A program made the translations under genes and the position numbers. 64,000 nucleotides of DNA from Chlorokybus atmophyticus (taxonomy: Eukaryota; Plantae; Mesostigma and Chlorokybus algae), in the NCBI GenBank assembly GCA_009103225.1, contig RHPI01002069.1, positions 1,532,744 through 1,596,743 on the forward strand. The letters run 5' to 3'. The notes beneath the pieces were generated by a model, which made no database searches, was not told the origin of the DNA, and was given only the letters and a program-made list of their open reading frames with translations. Below, in pieces: positions 1-12,681 of this stretch. How positions within the stretch are numbered: position 1 is the first letter of the stretch; every line of letters starts with the position of its first letter.

Positions 1-1489
1 GTTGTGTTATAGGTTTAACAACGCTCGTTTTGGAACGCAATCAATGTGGCAGCGGAATCTTTGCCATCTTTGCCATCTTTGCCATCTTATATTGGGCACA
101 TCATTGGCTAAGTTTGCTTACCATCAACAATATCAAATGGGATCATGTGTGTGCATTGGCAATTTATTTGTAAATTCAATGCCAATGGATATTACATTAA
201 TGCCGAACTTATTGATAGCATGTTCCGAGAATGTGCCTGCAATTGCATAAAACATAGCAAAGTTCGGACCTTCCGCATGGCTGACTTGCGCACGTCCTTG
301 CTTGAACCCTCATTACAAACCTGTACCTCGCATTCAATACTATCATTGCGACGATTTTCATATTACACCCGTGTTATGATATAAAGCGGCAATAAACATT
401 ATACTTATTCCTGAACCTTTTGATGACAATGGAGGCACCATTGGTGTGTATACACCGTATACATTGCATAACAACGAAAGTTGCATATGCACACATGTGG
501 GCGCATGCTTCTTCAAGCATGCAAGCTGCATGTCTGTTGAATTGTTAGGTGAGTGTGGTGCTAGGTGAACTACTGTATGGCAACATATATCAAAAATGCG
601 GTGACATTATGTGTGTCTTACAGTTGATGACCTTTCATTATCATCACATGCTGCCGAAAAATACGTCGTCCATGCAATGTGTTGGGTTTATATAGACGCA
701 TTGGGAGTTAACACCCTTGATGTTATGACAGCTTTTGAAAAGGAGCTTAAAATACACGTAGATCTCACAAAAACCTCAACACGTAAGCGCCTTTTGTTTC
801 CATGGGCAAAATAAAAAGGCTCAATGTAACACTTTTTATCATTTAACAATTGCTCAGCAAATTGCTGCATTAATCTGGTTTTATTGATTAAAACCATGCG
901 CCAAGCGGGCATTGTTATAACATTAAGATAGCTATTAAACTAATTTCAGTACTTGTATGATAAAATTATTGCCAAACTTTGAACTATTTTCGCGAACCAT
1001 TGATGATGGGTTTGAGTTTATATCATATATGTGCCATATATAACTGAAAGCACAATTTGGTGATAAAAGATGATGCTATATGTTGTTGGCTTATAATGTA
1101 GCATCCTCGTAACACCAATGTCATATGTTAATTGCAGCACAACGTGACCAGTGGGCAATCATTTAACAACATATGCAGTATCAAGCATGTCACGACTACA
1201 AACCTTGCAATAGCATCACTATGTACTTACAAGGACATGTTTCATCCTCTTGCGCACACATTATCAACATCACAATGCTGCTTGGGCATTAACACAATAG
1301 CACATTGTGCAGCCGCAAGCATACTTATAAGCAAATTAAGATGTTTCACGCCTTCCATCACAATTTGTAGCTGTTTGTGCACGACGGCGCTAAAGCTGCA
1401 CTCCATCACGACAAGCCTCCGCTTATCACCTAAGGGTAATATGCAATCAGATTGTGTCAATCCGATTCTCCACTCATAGCAACCCCTCT

Positions 1490-2030
1490 GAGCTGTATGT
1501 GTCGCAAATCTTGTGTGTTAATCATATGAGTCCGAGAAGTGCATAAGATGCGCGCCCATGCACTTCAAAATTTGAAAATGAGTTAAACAATTCTTGTGCC
1601 CCTGGTGCTCTAGGCAACAAAGGCACAAGCACTCATTAGGCGTGGGTTGTGATAAATAAGCTCATTATCTAATCGATGGAAACCCTGGCATGGCGGCGCC
1701 ATCTTCTGCATAAGTGGCGATTGTGGTATACTTTGCAATATACGAGCTTCTCGGGTTTCAACATGCTGCGCCAGCAGCCATGGCGTCATTCATATATTGA
1801 AGGTAAAAACAACGCATAAGGTTCGCACCTGACATTATTAATGTAGTTCCCAGAATTGTAGCATAGCTCCCTACGGCAGCCCTTCTGTATAGATCAGCCT
1901 ATATCTGTATACTTGTGCATTGTGTATGTGATGCACTTGGGTGATGGGCGTAGCCACCATGCTATTGACCCATGGAGACCGTCCAGCATGTGCTATGTGT
2001 CGCATATAATTCTGTGTGAATTCCATGGGA
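1490..2030 (+). mobile_element. Isolated 3' terminus (B1-A2-spacer-B2 split direct repeats) of the DIRS/PAT-type element family
   Basis: Colinear similarity to 6410-6945. Shared motifs include gatgcgcgcccatg, ggcacaagcac, ggcggcgccatc, ggcgtagccaccaYgctattgaccc and the duplicated gctRtgtgtcgcatataa block near 1495 and 1995. Confidence 0.7.
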
Positions 2031-2253
2031 ATGTCAATCACTTTCGCGTGTAAACTATGTGTAGTAGTGCGTATACAAGTAATACGGTATAAGCATTGGC
2101 AGCACGTGCAAAGTGGTTGGTGTGAACACCGTGGTTTCACCCTTGGATGTCACCACTGTTTTGATAACCACCCATGGCTAACTTGCCCATGCAGTACGGA
2201 CACATGCAGTGTAGTGACATGTGGTTGCACACGTGTGTAAAAAATGCATCCAT

Positions 2254-2670
2254 TGTTAAGATCTACTGTGCATGTGTGCGCCCTACCTCATACATGCGCT
2301 CACACTACTACTGGGAACAACAAGTGCAATAGCATGTCAACAACAAAGAGAAGTATGTTCCTATTGCAGTTCCACCTGTATGCGCCACATACAGTGACTT
2401 ATATACTAAGCTAGTCAACAATAGAAAAGACTAGTCGACCCTAGTCAAAGTCAACTCAAGTCAACACTGGTCAACGCTAGTCAACGGTCAAAGTCAACCC
2501 TAGTCAACCCTAGTCAATAGTCAAAGTCAAAGTTGACCCTAACTCTCGCAACTCCCATAATTTCTGTTGACTGTAACTCCCATTGCATAACCGCCGCACA
2601 TGTCCAAGTAACATCAACAAGCTGACTGTACTATAAGCATACTATACTAGCAAACCTCATATGCTCAACA
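2254..2670 (-). mobile_element. Ty1/Copia family A LTR (no PBS or internal sequence attached)
   Basis: TGTTAAG...CTCAACA ends. Nearly identical to 9612-10033 and 17718-18123, which abut a PBS and gag. Confidence 0.85.
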
Positions 2671-2845
2671 CTAGTCAACGCTAGTCAACGGTCAAAGTCA
2701 AAGTTGACCATGGTTGACCATAACTCTCGTAACTCTCGTGAGTATGAAAGTTAAGCTGAACGTACCAACTACATGCAGGCGCCGCCTATACATGTACAGA
2801 CACCAACCTATAACTCTTAACATAACATTTGACATAACCTTTAAC
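2671..2845 (-). mobile_element. Partial Ty1/Copia family B LTR
   Basis: Contains aagttaagctgaacgtaccaactacatgcaggcgccgcctatacatgtac, the reverse complement of the block in the family B LTRs at 12327-12681 and 15591-15926. Confidence 0.75.
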
Positions 2846-4254
2846 AGAGCTGCTGCAACCCGGTGAAAAAGCATGTGTGCGTGTAGCTGGAGATCGATGT
2901 GGTACAAGTGCAATTAATCAAATTGATCAGCGAACGCATGACGTTCAACTGCTTGCACGTGCATGCATGCTCGTGGCATGCCCGTGCTTGTTTGCTTATA
3001 GCTACTTGTTGTGTGAGGACATCCACGCTTCGCAACATCATTTATAACTCTTGCAAGGCTAGTTGAGGTGAAGAAAGCTCTTGACAAGGAAGTGGTGAGC
3101 AAATACTGCAAGGCTTGGCCCGGAAAAAGTGTGCGTAAGCAAGAAGCCACTGCAATAAGAGCTTTAATTTTTGCACCAGATTTTAGATCACAAGTGGCGT
3201 TCATTAAAGCAGTTATTGGCCCCCATTGTGGACCTCTTGCATTTGAGCGGTCGGAACTTGCCCACCATAGGGAAAATGCACGATATGGTGTTGCGAATTG
3301 GGGACCAGCTCAAGCATCTACAGGGCGTGATCAAACCACAACTTGATGTTCGTGCCTATAGCGGGACAAGTGAATCATGCTGCATATTAATATATATGCA
3401 ACATGCTACGTGTTTGATTTAATTTATAATCAGCAACGAACGCATGAGGAACATGTTAAAGGCTTTGGAACCATTGCGTCAAGGAGCCTAGAGTTCCATA
3501 AGGTCAACTTCTGTTGCAACAGTTGCACATGTTTTGAAGCAAGGTGGGGCTGTTTGGCATAGAGGTAGTGCAATGAGCAGCTCACGTAATGCTCGCACAT
3601 GGTTGATGGCATATGTATTGTAATAGTGTGCTCGAGTTGTGGCAGCTAGTGATGCGCGTGTTAGCTCAACCATCGTCAACTTGTAGCTGTGAGCAATCTT
3701 AAAACACATACAACTTTCACCAGTTAAGGAGAAAAATTTGATTGCAAGGATGCATGGCAATGAAGTTGGCATTTGTCTTCATAGTGTGAGGCAATTAGAA
3801 AAGATCCACAACGCACATCAATAATACTTTAAAGTAACTAGGCAAATACATGTAGTGGGCTATATATGTGCACGCATGCTTTATTGTGATGTAGTGTTCT
3901 TTGCTCACATCACTAGTGGCTGAGCACATTTGCGCAACTAGCATGCTCATTGCTTGCTAAACAGCATAACGCCATTGCCACGGTAGTGTACTGCCACATA
4001 TTAGGCGCATGTATGCATGTGTACAACACTGCTCGTAAAAAGATGCGTACTGTGTACCATGTGACCATGACATGACCAATGCATCACAATTTGGCATGCT
4101 AGCCAAGGTGACGACCGTTATGAATGTTAGCACCATTTTAAAAACGCATTGTATACTACAAGCACACAAATGTACTATTTATATGATGCGAGAACTGTTG
4201 ACTTTGTCTTATTAAGCCTAGTTAAGGTGGACTTAATTAACACCAACACCCCCT

Positions 4255-6945
4255 ATACTGCAAGTGGCATGCCGCACTTTTTTATGTCGCCATCGGCATT
4301 GCATCCACTTCCATGTAGAGTGATTACCACGTAAGCTTAATGAGGATGCGGACGCAGCCTCTCCATGTCACCAAGTTGGAATGGTTGGACGTTGCAAACC
4401 CCATGGATCTGCTTGCTCACCCGCAAGTAGGGTCCCTTGTATGTCGACCGCTTCGTTGTGAAGGCCAACATTGTGTTTGTGACCTTCAACTCGGTGTTGC
4501 CACTTCCGGGCTTATTGGGCAATGCCTTTTACACAGAGTAGAGTGGTTGCAACAACTGGTGTCATCCTCCACCACACCGTGTGGGCATTGTGTTGCGTTA
4601 TGCCCGTGAATGCAAGGCTCGCATGTGCCTCATTATGCCCATGTGGACAACCCAACTGGTGGCCCATGCTCTGCCCCAGTGGGGTGTGGGCACCATTTGT
4701 CACAGCTATTATGAGCCTACCCTGCGGCCCAGCCTGCTTGTGGCCTAGCCCACATATCATGGAACTTCAAGCGGGCTTGCCCAACTGTCGCATGTGGGCA
4801 TTGTGGATTCACTTGCGTCCTGGCCATTGATGCATGTTGTGTGCGGCTGCTGCTGAGCATAGCCTACAGTTGCTGATGCCCAACATCCCCGAAAACCATA
4901 AGATTGAGCACCTGCGCACCTTATACCCGGCAGTAGTCGCGGCGTCACGTGCTACTAGCACCTTATGAAGCCATGAGGGCTACTGGCGTTGCTTTGTGGA
5001 GTTTTGCGCGCCTCGTGGTTGGGCTGCCCTGCCGGCGGACCCTTGCATAATGGCCCTGCTCGTGACCAAGATGTTGGTGGATTCCACCACCCCGGCACCT
5101 GTGAAAGATGCATCTTCCGCCATACACACAGCGTATACCATGGCTGGTCAGGCCTCTCCCGCAGCGCATGCACTCCTTGCGGTGGTGCGTAAGACCGCCG
5201 CCAAGTTGCTACAATTGAACACGCGGAGGAAGGACGCCTACATGCTTGAGCTCTTGCGAGCTATGATCTCGCGCTTTGCTCGCACTGGGTGGGACTCGGT
5301 GGCTAGATTGCAAACAATGGTTGTGTTGCGGGTCAGGTATGATGCGGTATTTTCACCTGGCAAAAGTCAATGCGCTAGCACTATCTTTTTACCGGAACGC
5401 ATAGATCTCGTCATCCCACGCAATAAAACCGATCAACAAATTTTTGGGCACGACAGTGCATGTCACAGCCCACCCGACCATAAAAGACTTGGTGCTTTTA
5501 TGGTCAATTTTTGGTAAATTAATGTACCTTCCCGTTACATTCCCCCCCACTTAAGAACGCTGACGTCTCGGCAGCTGGCTGCCATCAGCTGGGGAATCAT
5601 CCCAGGGGTTTGATTAGGGTCGGTTACCGGCCCCACTTTTAAAGAACCGGCCAATTTCGGCCCATACCGATCAACGCGCGCATTGCGCACCGCTGTCGGC
5701 CCCACATGTCGCATCGCGACAGGCAGGTCGCACCCTGCCGCGCCAAATGAATGCCGACACGACTGTCAGTAGGCAAGTCGCAACCCAGCAATCATGGCAC
5801 GTATGAAGTGACCACTTACGATGTTAGTGGATCGAGTAATAGACCACGAAATTCGTGTGCAAGGCAAGGATCAAACCCGGGTCTTAAGCTTGGATGACCA
5901 ATGTCACAGCCCACTCGGCCACAAAAGACTTTGTGCTTTTAAGGTCGATTTGTGGTAAAAAGTACCTTCCCGTTATAGTACACTTAGCTGCTGTTGGGGG
6001 TAATTTGTGCCCTATATTGCACACCAGTAAGTTGTTGTTTGGTTCGGGCTACAAGCAAACCGAGCTCGGCAAGCTGCTGCGCTTCATAAGGCGAGTGGGA
6101 GGAATGTGCATCATACGCAACATCGATGTACCATATGGTACCATTCTTGATTGAGAACAGGCCGCCATCGAGGCGACGTGGGAGGACCCCACACGTTTTG
6201 GCACACTCTACACCCGTTTGGATGCTAAAATTTACTCGGTGCATGCTGGTGTACCGCAGCACATAGAGCAAAAGTTTGAGCATTGGAAGTCTTCTACTGC
6301 AGCTGAGGGCTATGTGCGTGCGGCATTGCCTGAGTTGCACACACTTGTGAGAAGCATCGACTCAAGTGGTACGCGCTCATTCCGTTTTTATCCATCTATC
6401 GATCCATAGCGATTCCTTAGCATAAGCTGTGTGTTGCATATAACTCATGTGTGAGTTATGAGTTTATAAAGCATGAGATGCGCTCTCGTAACTCGATAAC
6501 TTATTGATGGGTTATGAGATTCTTTTGCCCCTAATGCCCTAGGCACTCGGGGGCACAAGCACTCGCTCGAGTGAGTTGTGAGTTACAAGCTCCCACTCCA
6601 GTTGGTCAAACTTTTGCACGGCGGCGCCATCCTTGGTGGCGAGTGTGGTGTACTTTGCACGTGTACAGGCTTCTCAGGCTTCGACGTCTACATTAGCAAC
6701 CATGTCGCCATTGACAAGTTGAAGAGTGCAGAAGCACATGACTTTTGCACCTTACGTGACGAAGTAGTTCCAATAGGTATAGCTTAGCACCCTAATGTAG
6801 ACTTGCGTGTACATAAGCCTGTATATGTACAATTAGACATTGGTACTGTAATGCGCTTGGGTGCTGGGCGTAGCCACCACGCTATTGACCCAAAGCGACC
6901 GCCCAGCATAAGCTGTGTGTCGCATATAACTTGTGTGTGAGTTCA
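4255..6945 (+). mobile_element. 5'-truncated DIRS/PAT-type tyrosine-recombinase retrotransposon (MT domain, YR, 3' split repeats), interrupted by a TRIM
   Basis: Paralogous to 14320-15590. Degenerate MT region at 4400-4800. The YR N-terminus reads GYWRCFVEFCAPRGW and the C-terminus reads YSVHAGVPQHIEQKFEHWKSSTAAEGYVR (6218-6409). Repeat B sits at ~6419-6458 and ~6905-6943, flanking repeat A. Confidence 0.85.
5461..5977 (-). mobile_element. TRIM family A, complete copy (LTRs 5461-5539 and 5902-5977)
   Basis: Two ~78-bp TG..CA/TA direct repeats. PBS-like TTGGTCATCC..AGC lies next to the right LTR and PPT AAGTGGGGGGGAA next to the left LTR (minus strand). The 5-bp TSD is GTGCA/GTACA, and the empty site is present in the paralogue near 15460. 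Confidence 0.92.
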
Positions 6946-7015
6946 CACACATGCACACACACGCACACACACACGCGCACACACACACACACACACACAC
7001 ACGTATACACACACA
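6946..7015. repeat. (CA)n-type microsatellite
   Basis: cacacacatgcacacacacgcacacac... run. Confidence 0.9.
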
Positions 7016-8454
7016 ACCACCATTGAATGGGTGTGATGTCGGCTACTATCTGCATACAAGTGTTAAATTGGCTACGTGTACACCTTCGGTTGCGCGTGGA
7101 ACATCGATACCAACACTGCCTTATAATGCAGCCACATGGTTTACCACAAGATCCAACAAGGCATTTGCAGGCTATTTGTCCCGCAACTAACAAGAACCAC
7201 ACTACATTTGCCCTGCAACCGCAACACATATCATATCACTTCAACTTACCTTTAATGTTTGTTTCGAGCCCAAGTAGCACCGCGCTGCATAGCACAATAT
7301 GATAATAATAAATCTTATCAAATTATAACGAATTATGTTTACAACAATAGCTGCACAATTTGGATAACACATAACAGCACGCTCCAATACAGAAGCAGCT
7401 TATAGTTGTTCCAACGGCATTCGGCACTTTCAATGTAATGATAGATAGATGAATGATTTAATATGCACTCTGATTTTGTTCCGCAAAAGAGATGGCCTTG
7501 ACTTAGGTTTTTATAACAGAATTGTATATCAGCAGCACTTTCCTCACTTCACCGCCATCTGAGTGTGTATGGCACTAACCAGTAACAGTGATACACCACA
7601 TGCTGCATCAATAAACACCCGATAATTACCATCACAATTTTCTACTCTTACAATCACACGCCCTCTCCCTCTGCATATACTGCACATGCAATATCTGCAG
7701 TTGTGCGCAAGCAACTAGCATGCTCCCAACGAGCACCGCTAATGACATTAACACTTGGTACAAGTACGGGTACTACCCGTATAATGAAACTATAACAAGA
7801 ACCTACATTGGGCAATAGCTGTGCACACGCAGAGCCAATCGCCAAGACTCCTGCATTAGAAGCTTATGCTCGTCTGCTTTGGCTGCAACTTTGCTGGCTT
7901 TATCCATGTGGATACCCAGCCTCTGCAGAGCTTTAGTTATGCAGTTCTCCATAACTCATGTATTAACCATTACAACAGCTGGCACACATGCAGCTGTTGC
8001 GTTGAACAACCACGTTAAATCTAAGTGATTTTGAAGCGAGAACGGGCAGGTCATACATGACAGATATTGAGCATTTCGAGTCATTGTGCGCCTGATTCAT
8101 CCCATGTATCGCCTGCATATTGTTAAAAAGGATAACCATGGCATCCGCAATACTCGAGCCTCATGACACAGGCACCTGTATGTATGGACTTATATATATG
8201 ATGCGTACTCTTGCTTTTACACTTTACATAATGCTTGAGCACTGTTGTTGACAACTTGTTATGTGGATTGCATGGAGCAGCACATGCTTGCCCACAAGGT
8301 CATACATCATGAAGTTAAAGTCATGAGGCACACCCATACCATTGTCCAACAGCAGCATCACGTGTGCGCAAGGAAGGGTATATAGTGTTAAAGGTACTTT
8401 GCTAGGCGCCTTAGCGAAGCTTCTATTCATCGTCGCCTTGAAAGTTATGGTCAA

Positions 8455-8702
8455 CTGTCGTCATGGCAGCTACAGTCTAACATGGTCAACGTTGAAATCG
8501 ACCTTTAACTTTGACCATTGATTGTAACTTTGACTAGTGTTGAATAGTGCTGACTTTAACTAGGGTTGACTGGTGTTGACTAGCACTCACAAGTGTACTA
8601 TATAATACACTGTATGTTGTGCAATACAATAAAGTCCACTCTGCTCTATTCGTAAGCGCCACACTTGTGCGTGTGCTTTATTATTACTGTGCAATCTCAA
8701 TA
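8455..8702 (+). mobile_element. Degenerate Copia family B-like LTR remnant
   Basis: TTGAC-rich array (ttgactagtg, gggttgactggtgttgactag) resembling 12480-12560. Ends ctcaata. Confidence 0.5.
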
Positions 8703-10033
8703 CTGCTTGTCGTTCGCGCCTGCACATCAGCATGCACAAGCTCCCACGCCTTTGCTGCCTTGAAGTTAACTTTGAACTTCTTGCTCCACCACATGATGCT
8801 AGCACCAACCTTGAGCTGATCGCTCCTAATGCTTGTTTTCATCTATGTAACCTGCTCGCTTGCATATAGTGTACCTCGAGCACGATACCACGCTTGCAGA
8901 GTGTAACCTCCATGCTTCTCGCGCTCAGCTACTCCTCTCCCATGTATGCCCAAGCATCACACTTGAACACCATGCTGCTGAGTAGGCAGCTCCCACGCAC
9001 ACCTTGCAAGTACTTCACGCACTGCAACACTGCAAACTAGAATACACTAGGTCTCACATATAAGGGACGCCTCCTCCACCAAGTACTGCTCGCTCTCGGC
9101 ATTAAGCCAGATTCACTGAGCTTCCATCATTACCAGGAGACTGCCACCATCTCCTCCTTTTTCCCTCCAACCTACACCATAGCCTTGGAATGCAATTCTC
9201 TTACCCTTTTTGCTAGTGGTGCTCCCGGAGGTGGATGTCTTCCCTCGAGGACAATGGTGCTTGAAGTGTCCACGCTCGCCACAACACCAACACTCTTTGC
9301 CATTACCACGAGTGCCTATTTTCACCATTGAAGCTGTCGCTGCTCTGATCCTTCTTTTGCCCAAACTGCCTCTTTGCATATTGGCACCTCCTCCTCGGGG
9401 TCCACATCCTTCCACATATCCTTATGTACCAGCAACAACTCCATCTTGATGCTCCATGTACTGTAGTTGTCCACATCAAATGGCTCAATGATGACATTAA
9501 TGTTATCCATGCCTCCAATAGTTGCCCCTCCACTACATGCAGAACTTGCAACCTACTCCCCTACCAGCAATCACAACTTCACACGCTCTATATTATGTGT
9601 GGGCCCATAACCTGTTAAGAACTAGTGTGCGTGCATGCGCCCTACCTCATACATGCGCTCACACTAGGGGAACACCATGTGTAACATACAAGCATGTCGA
9701 CACCAAAGAGAAGTGTATTGAAGTTCCGCCTGTATGCGCCACATACAGTGACTTATATAACAAGCTAGTCAACACTAGAAAGAGCTACTCAACTCTAGTT
9801 AAAGTCGAATATAGTTAACACTAGTCAATGATCAAAGTCAACACTAGTCAACACTGGTCAACGGTCAAAGTCAAAGTTGACTATAACTGTCGTAACTCCC
9901 ATAACTCCCATAACTCTCATAACTCCTGTTGACTATAACTCCCATATCATAACCGCCGCACTTGGTCTAAGTAATATCGACAAGCTGACTGTACTATAAG
10001 CAGACTATACTAGCAAACCTCATGAGCTTAACC
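8703..10033 (-). mobile_element. Internally deleted Ty1/Copia family A element (5' LTR 9612-10033, PBS, gag, zinc knuckle, integrase start)
   Basis: PBS GGTTATGGGCCCA follows the LTR. gag reads MDNINVIIEPFDVDNYSTWSIKMELLLVHKDMWK (9510-9322), the CCHC knuckle reads CWCCGERGHFKHHCP, and WELVHADV near 8740 resembles the copia integrase start. Confidence 0.88.
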
Positions 10034-11660
10034 TTCAATAGTTAACTCTCGTCAAAGTCAACTTTATGCAATGGTCAAAGTTATATATGAGTTATATATG
10101 AGTTCATGAAGCGCATAAAATGCGCGCCCATGAACTCAACAACTCGTGAGTGAGTTATGAGACTCTTATGCCCCTAGTGCCCTAGGCACTTGGGGGCACA
10201 AGCACACACTAGAGTGAGTTGTGAATCACAAGCTCCTTATCTAGTCGCTTGAAACCCTAGCACGGCGGCGCCACCCTTAGCGTGGGTGGCGAGTGTGGCG
10301 AGGAGGTGTGGGCGGAGGAGGACCTCCACCATGGTCACACGGTCACAAGCAAGTGCTCAAGATGATGGAGAGGAGGTGGCGGTCACGGCCGCGGTGTCGT
10401 TGCTAACCGCCAATCACTTGTCGCGGGCTAAGAGTCCGTGTCGCCACCTTAAGTGAGGAGAAGAGGAGAGCGGCGATGGAGGAAGGAGAGGTGCGCCCCC
10501 ACCGTGGGGAGGGGAGAGGAAAAGGTGATTAAAGATGGTGATTGTGGTGAGGAGGATGAGGACGACGAGGACCCACTCTTTGTCACTTACAAGCGTAGGA
10601 AGAGGGAGGCAAGCTCGCTCTTCAATGCTTCCACCCCATCTATGACACCCACGGAGGCAGTGGCGCGGAGGTTGGATGAGTCGAAGGCGGAGAACATGCG
10701 CCTCAAGTGTAAGAAGGCGCCCGCCATCCCTTATGATGAGCCCATTGTCGAGCCCAACCACCCCCCACTTGTAAACAATCTTCATTGTGTCGTCGGCGAC
10801 TCCACCAACCCCAACGCTCGAGTGGGAGTCATGGCCACCCGTTTCAGCGAGCCCGTCATCCCATGGACGGAGAACTTAAAGAAGCGGGCTCGACAACACC
10901 TTGAGGTTGCGGCTCATCTCGGCTCGGCGGCATCCTCTTTCGACCGTGTGCCCGCTCACCTCGCTGAGGACGCCCACTTCGATAAATGCCGCAAAAACAA
11001 CATGAAAGGTGGGCTCATTCTTTGTTGCGCATTGCCATATGCATGCGCATATAAGCAAATTATTATGTGGGTGCGGACTTGGCCCACGCACATTTGCACA
11101 TGCGTGCATCATGGGGGCGCCAGCCCCTTATAGAGGCGCCAGCCCGATATGTATATAGATGCACAGTCATGCCATTGGTTACATGTGTCCCGCATCCCTC
11201 CTCCCCCCATGTCCGGAGGGGGGGGAGGGGCCCGCACTTTACACCATTGTATATTTGCCCTATATTTACATCATGACTACCCCATAGCAAGGAAACGAGC
11301 GCAACACGGCACAACATCTGCATTTGCATGCGCATATGCGCATGATAGGTACGAGAATGGGGAATGGATCTTGGGTGCGCTTGGCACTAGACGCGGTGGC
11401 TTGGAGCGCGTATGAACATGCAACGTGTGTTGCTTATGTGTGCTCTGTGCGCAGCATTCAATGAGGTGTAAAGCAATTTCACTATGTGGAAGTGGCTAAC
11501 AAGCATGATTGGAAGGTTGTGGACGAGCTGGTGCGCAACCCCCTCGCAGTGGATGATGATGAGGCAAAGCGCCCAAAGAAGGCAGTGAAGGACGTGGCTG
11601 CGGCGCAGCCCAAGCCCAAGGCAAAGCCTGCCTACCATCTCAATAAGGGGCGGGGCCAGT

Positions 11661-11662
<2 letters not shown>

Positions 11663-11692
<30 letters not shown>

Positions 11693-11944
11693 NNNNNNNN
11701 NNNNNNNNNNNNNNNNNNNNNNNNNNNNNNNNNNNNNNNNNNNNNNNNNNNNNNNNNNNNNNNNNNNNNNNNNNNNNNNNNNNNNNNNNNNNNNNNNNNN
11801 NNNNNNNNNNNNNNNNNNNNNNNNNNNNNNNNNNNNNNNNNNNNNNNNNNNNNNNNNNNNNNNNNNNNNNNNNNNNNNNNNNNNNNNNNNNNNNNNNNNN
11901 NNNNNNNNNNNNNNNNNNNNNNNNCCCCCCCCCCCCCCCCCCCC
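11663..11944. other. Assembly gap flanked by poly-C
   Basis: Long N run bounded by C homopolymers inside the DIRS gag region. Confidence 0.95.
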
Positions 11945-12326
11945 CTGCTACTCTGGGTCCTATGAATCTGGTACGGAGCATACCAATTGCAGGACCGATC
12001 CTATGCAGTCTCAGGCCGCTTCCGCGGGAGGCCAACGTGATTCCCGCACTTGCTACAATTGCGGGGAGCCAGTGCACCTGCGTGCCTAATATCATAAGCC
12101 CTCCGCAGGGTGCGGCGACTATTTTGGTAGCACAGCCACGGAGCTGTGTCGTGACAGCATAATAGCTGTATACTTGTGCGCGTGTAATGCCTATGAATTC
12201 TTTTTGAGGTTTCATATAACCTCCAAATGGTATGAGACTTTGGGTTCATCATTGTAGCACAGTGATGCTTATGCATAGCCAAAACGTTAAATTTACACGC
12301 GGTTTGCTATGGTTGCACATGGTTGG

Positions 12327-12681
12327 TGTTAATTGTTATAGCTTGTTAAAAGTACATGTATAGGCGGCGCCTACATGTAGTTGCTACGATCAGCTTAACC
12401 TTTATAGCTATGGGAGTTACGAGAGTTACAAGAGTTACGGGAGTTACGGGAGTTATGGCAATTATGGTCAACTATGGTCAACTTCGACTTTGACCATTGA
12501 CTTTGACCAGAGTTGACTAGTACTTAGTAGCATAGTATATAAGACACTGTATACTGCTTAATACAGTGGGTCGCACATTATCTCTGTAGTTGGTGTGCTT
12601 GCTGCAATTGTCCTTAGTGTGTGCACGCTTGTATGTAAGAGGCAAATACACACACACTAGGCGCATCACCGATTCTCAACA
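12327..12681 (+). mobile_element. Ty1/Copia family B solo LTR inserted in the DIRS element
   Basis: TGTTAATT...CTCAACA with a perfect 5-bp TSD GTTGG at 12322-12326 and 12682-12686. Homologous to 15591-15926. Confidence 0.92.

Noticed and set aside
2495-2520. Telomere-like AACCCTAG repeats in the LTRs
   Set aside because: Only two or three interrupted copies, better explained as part of the GTCAA array.
11663-11944. Poly-proline domain in DIRS gag
   Set aside because: Produced by poly-C flanks and an N gap, so the true length and sequence are unknown.
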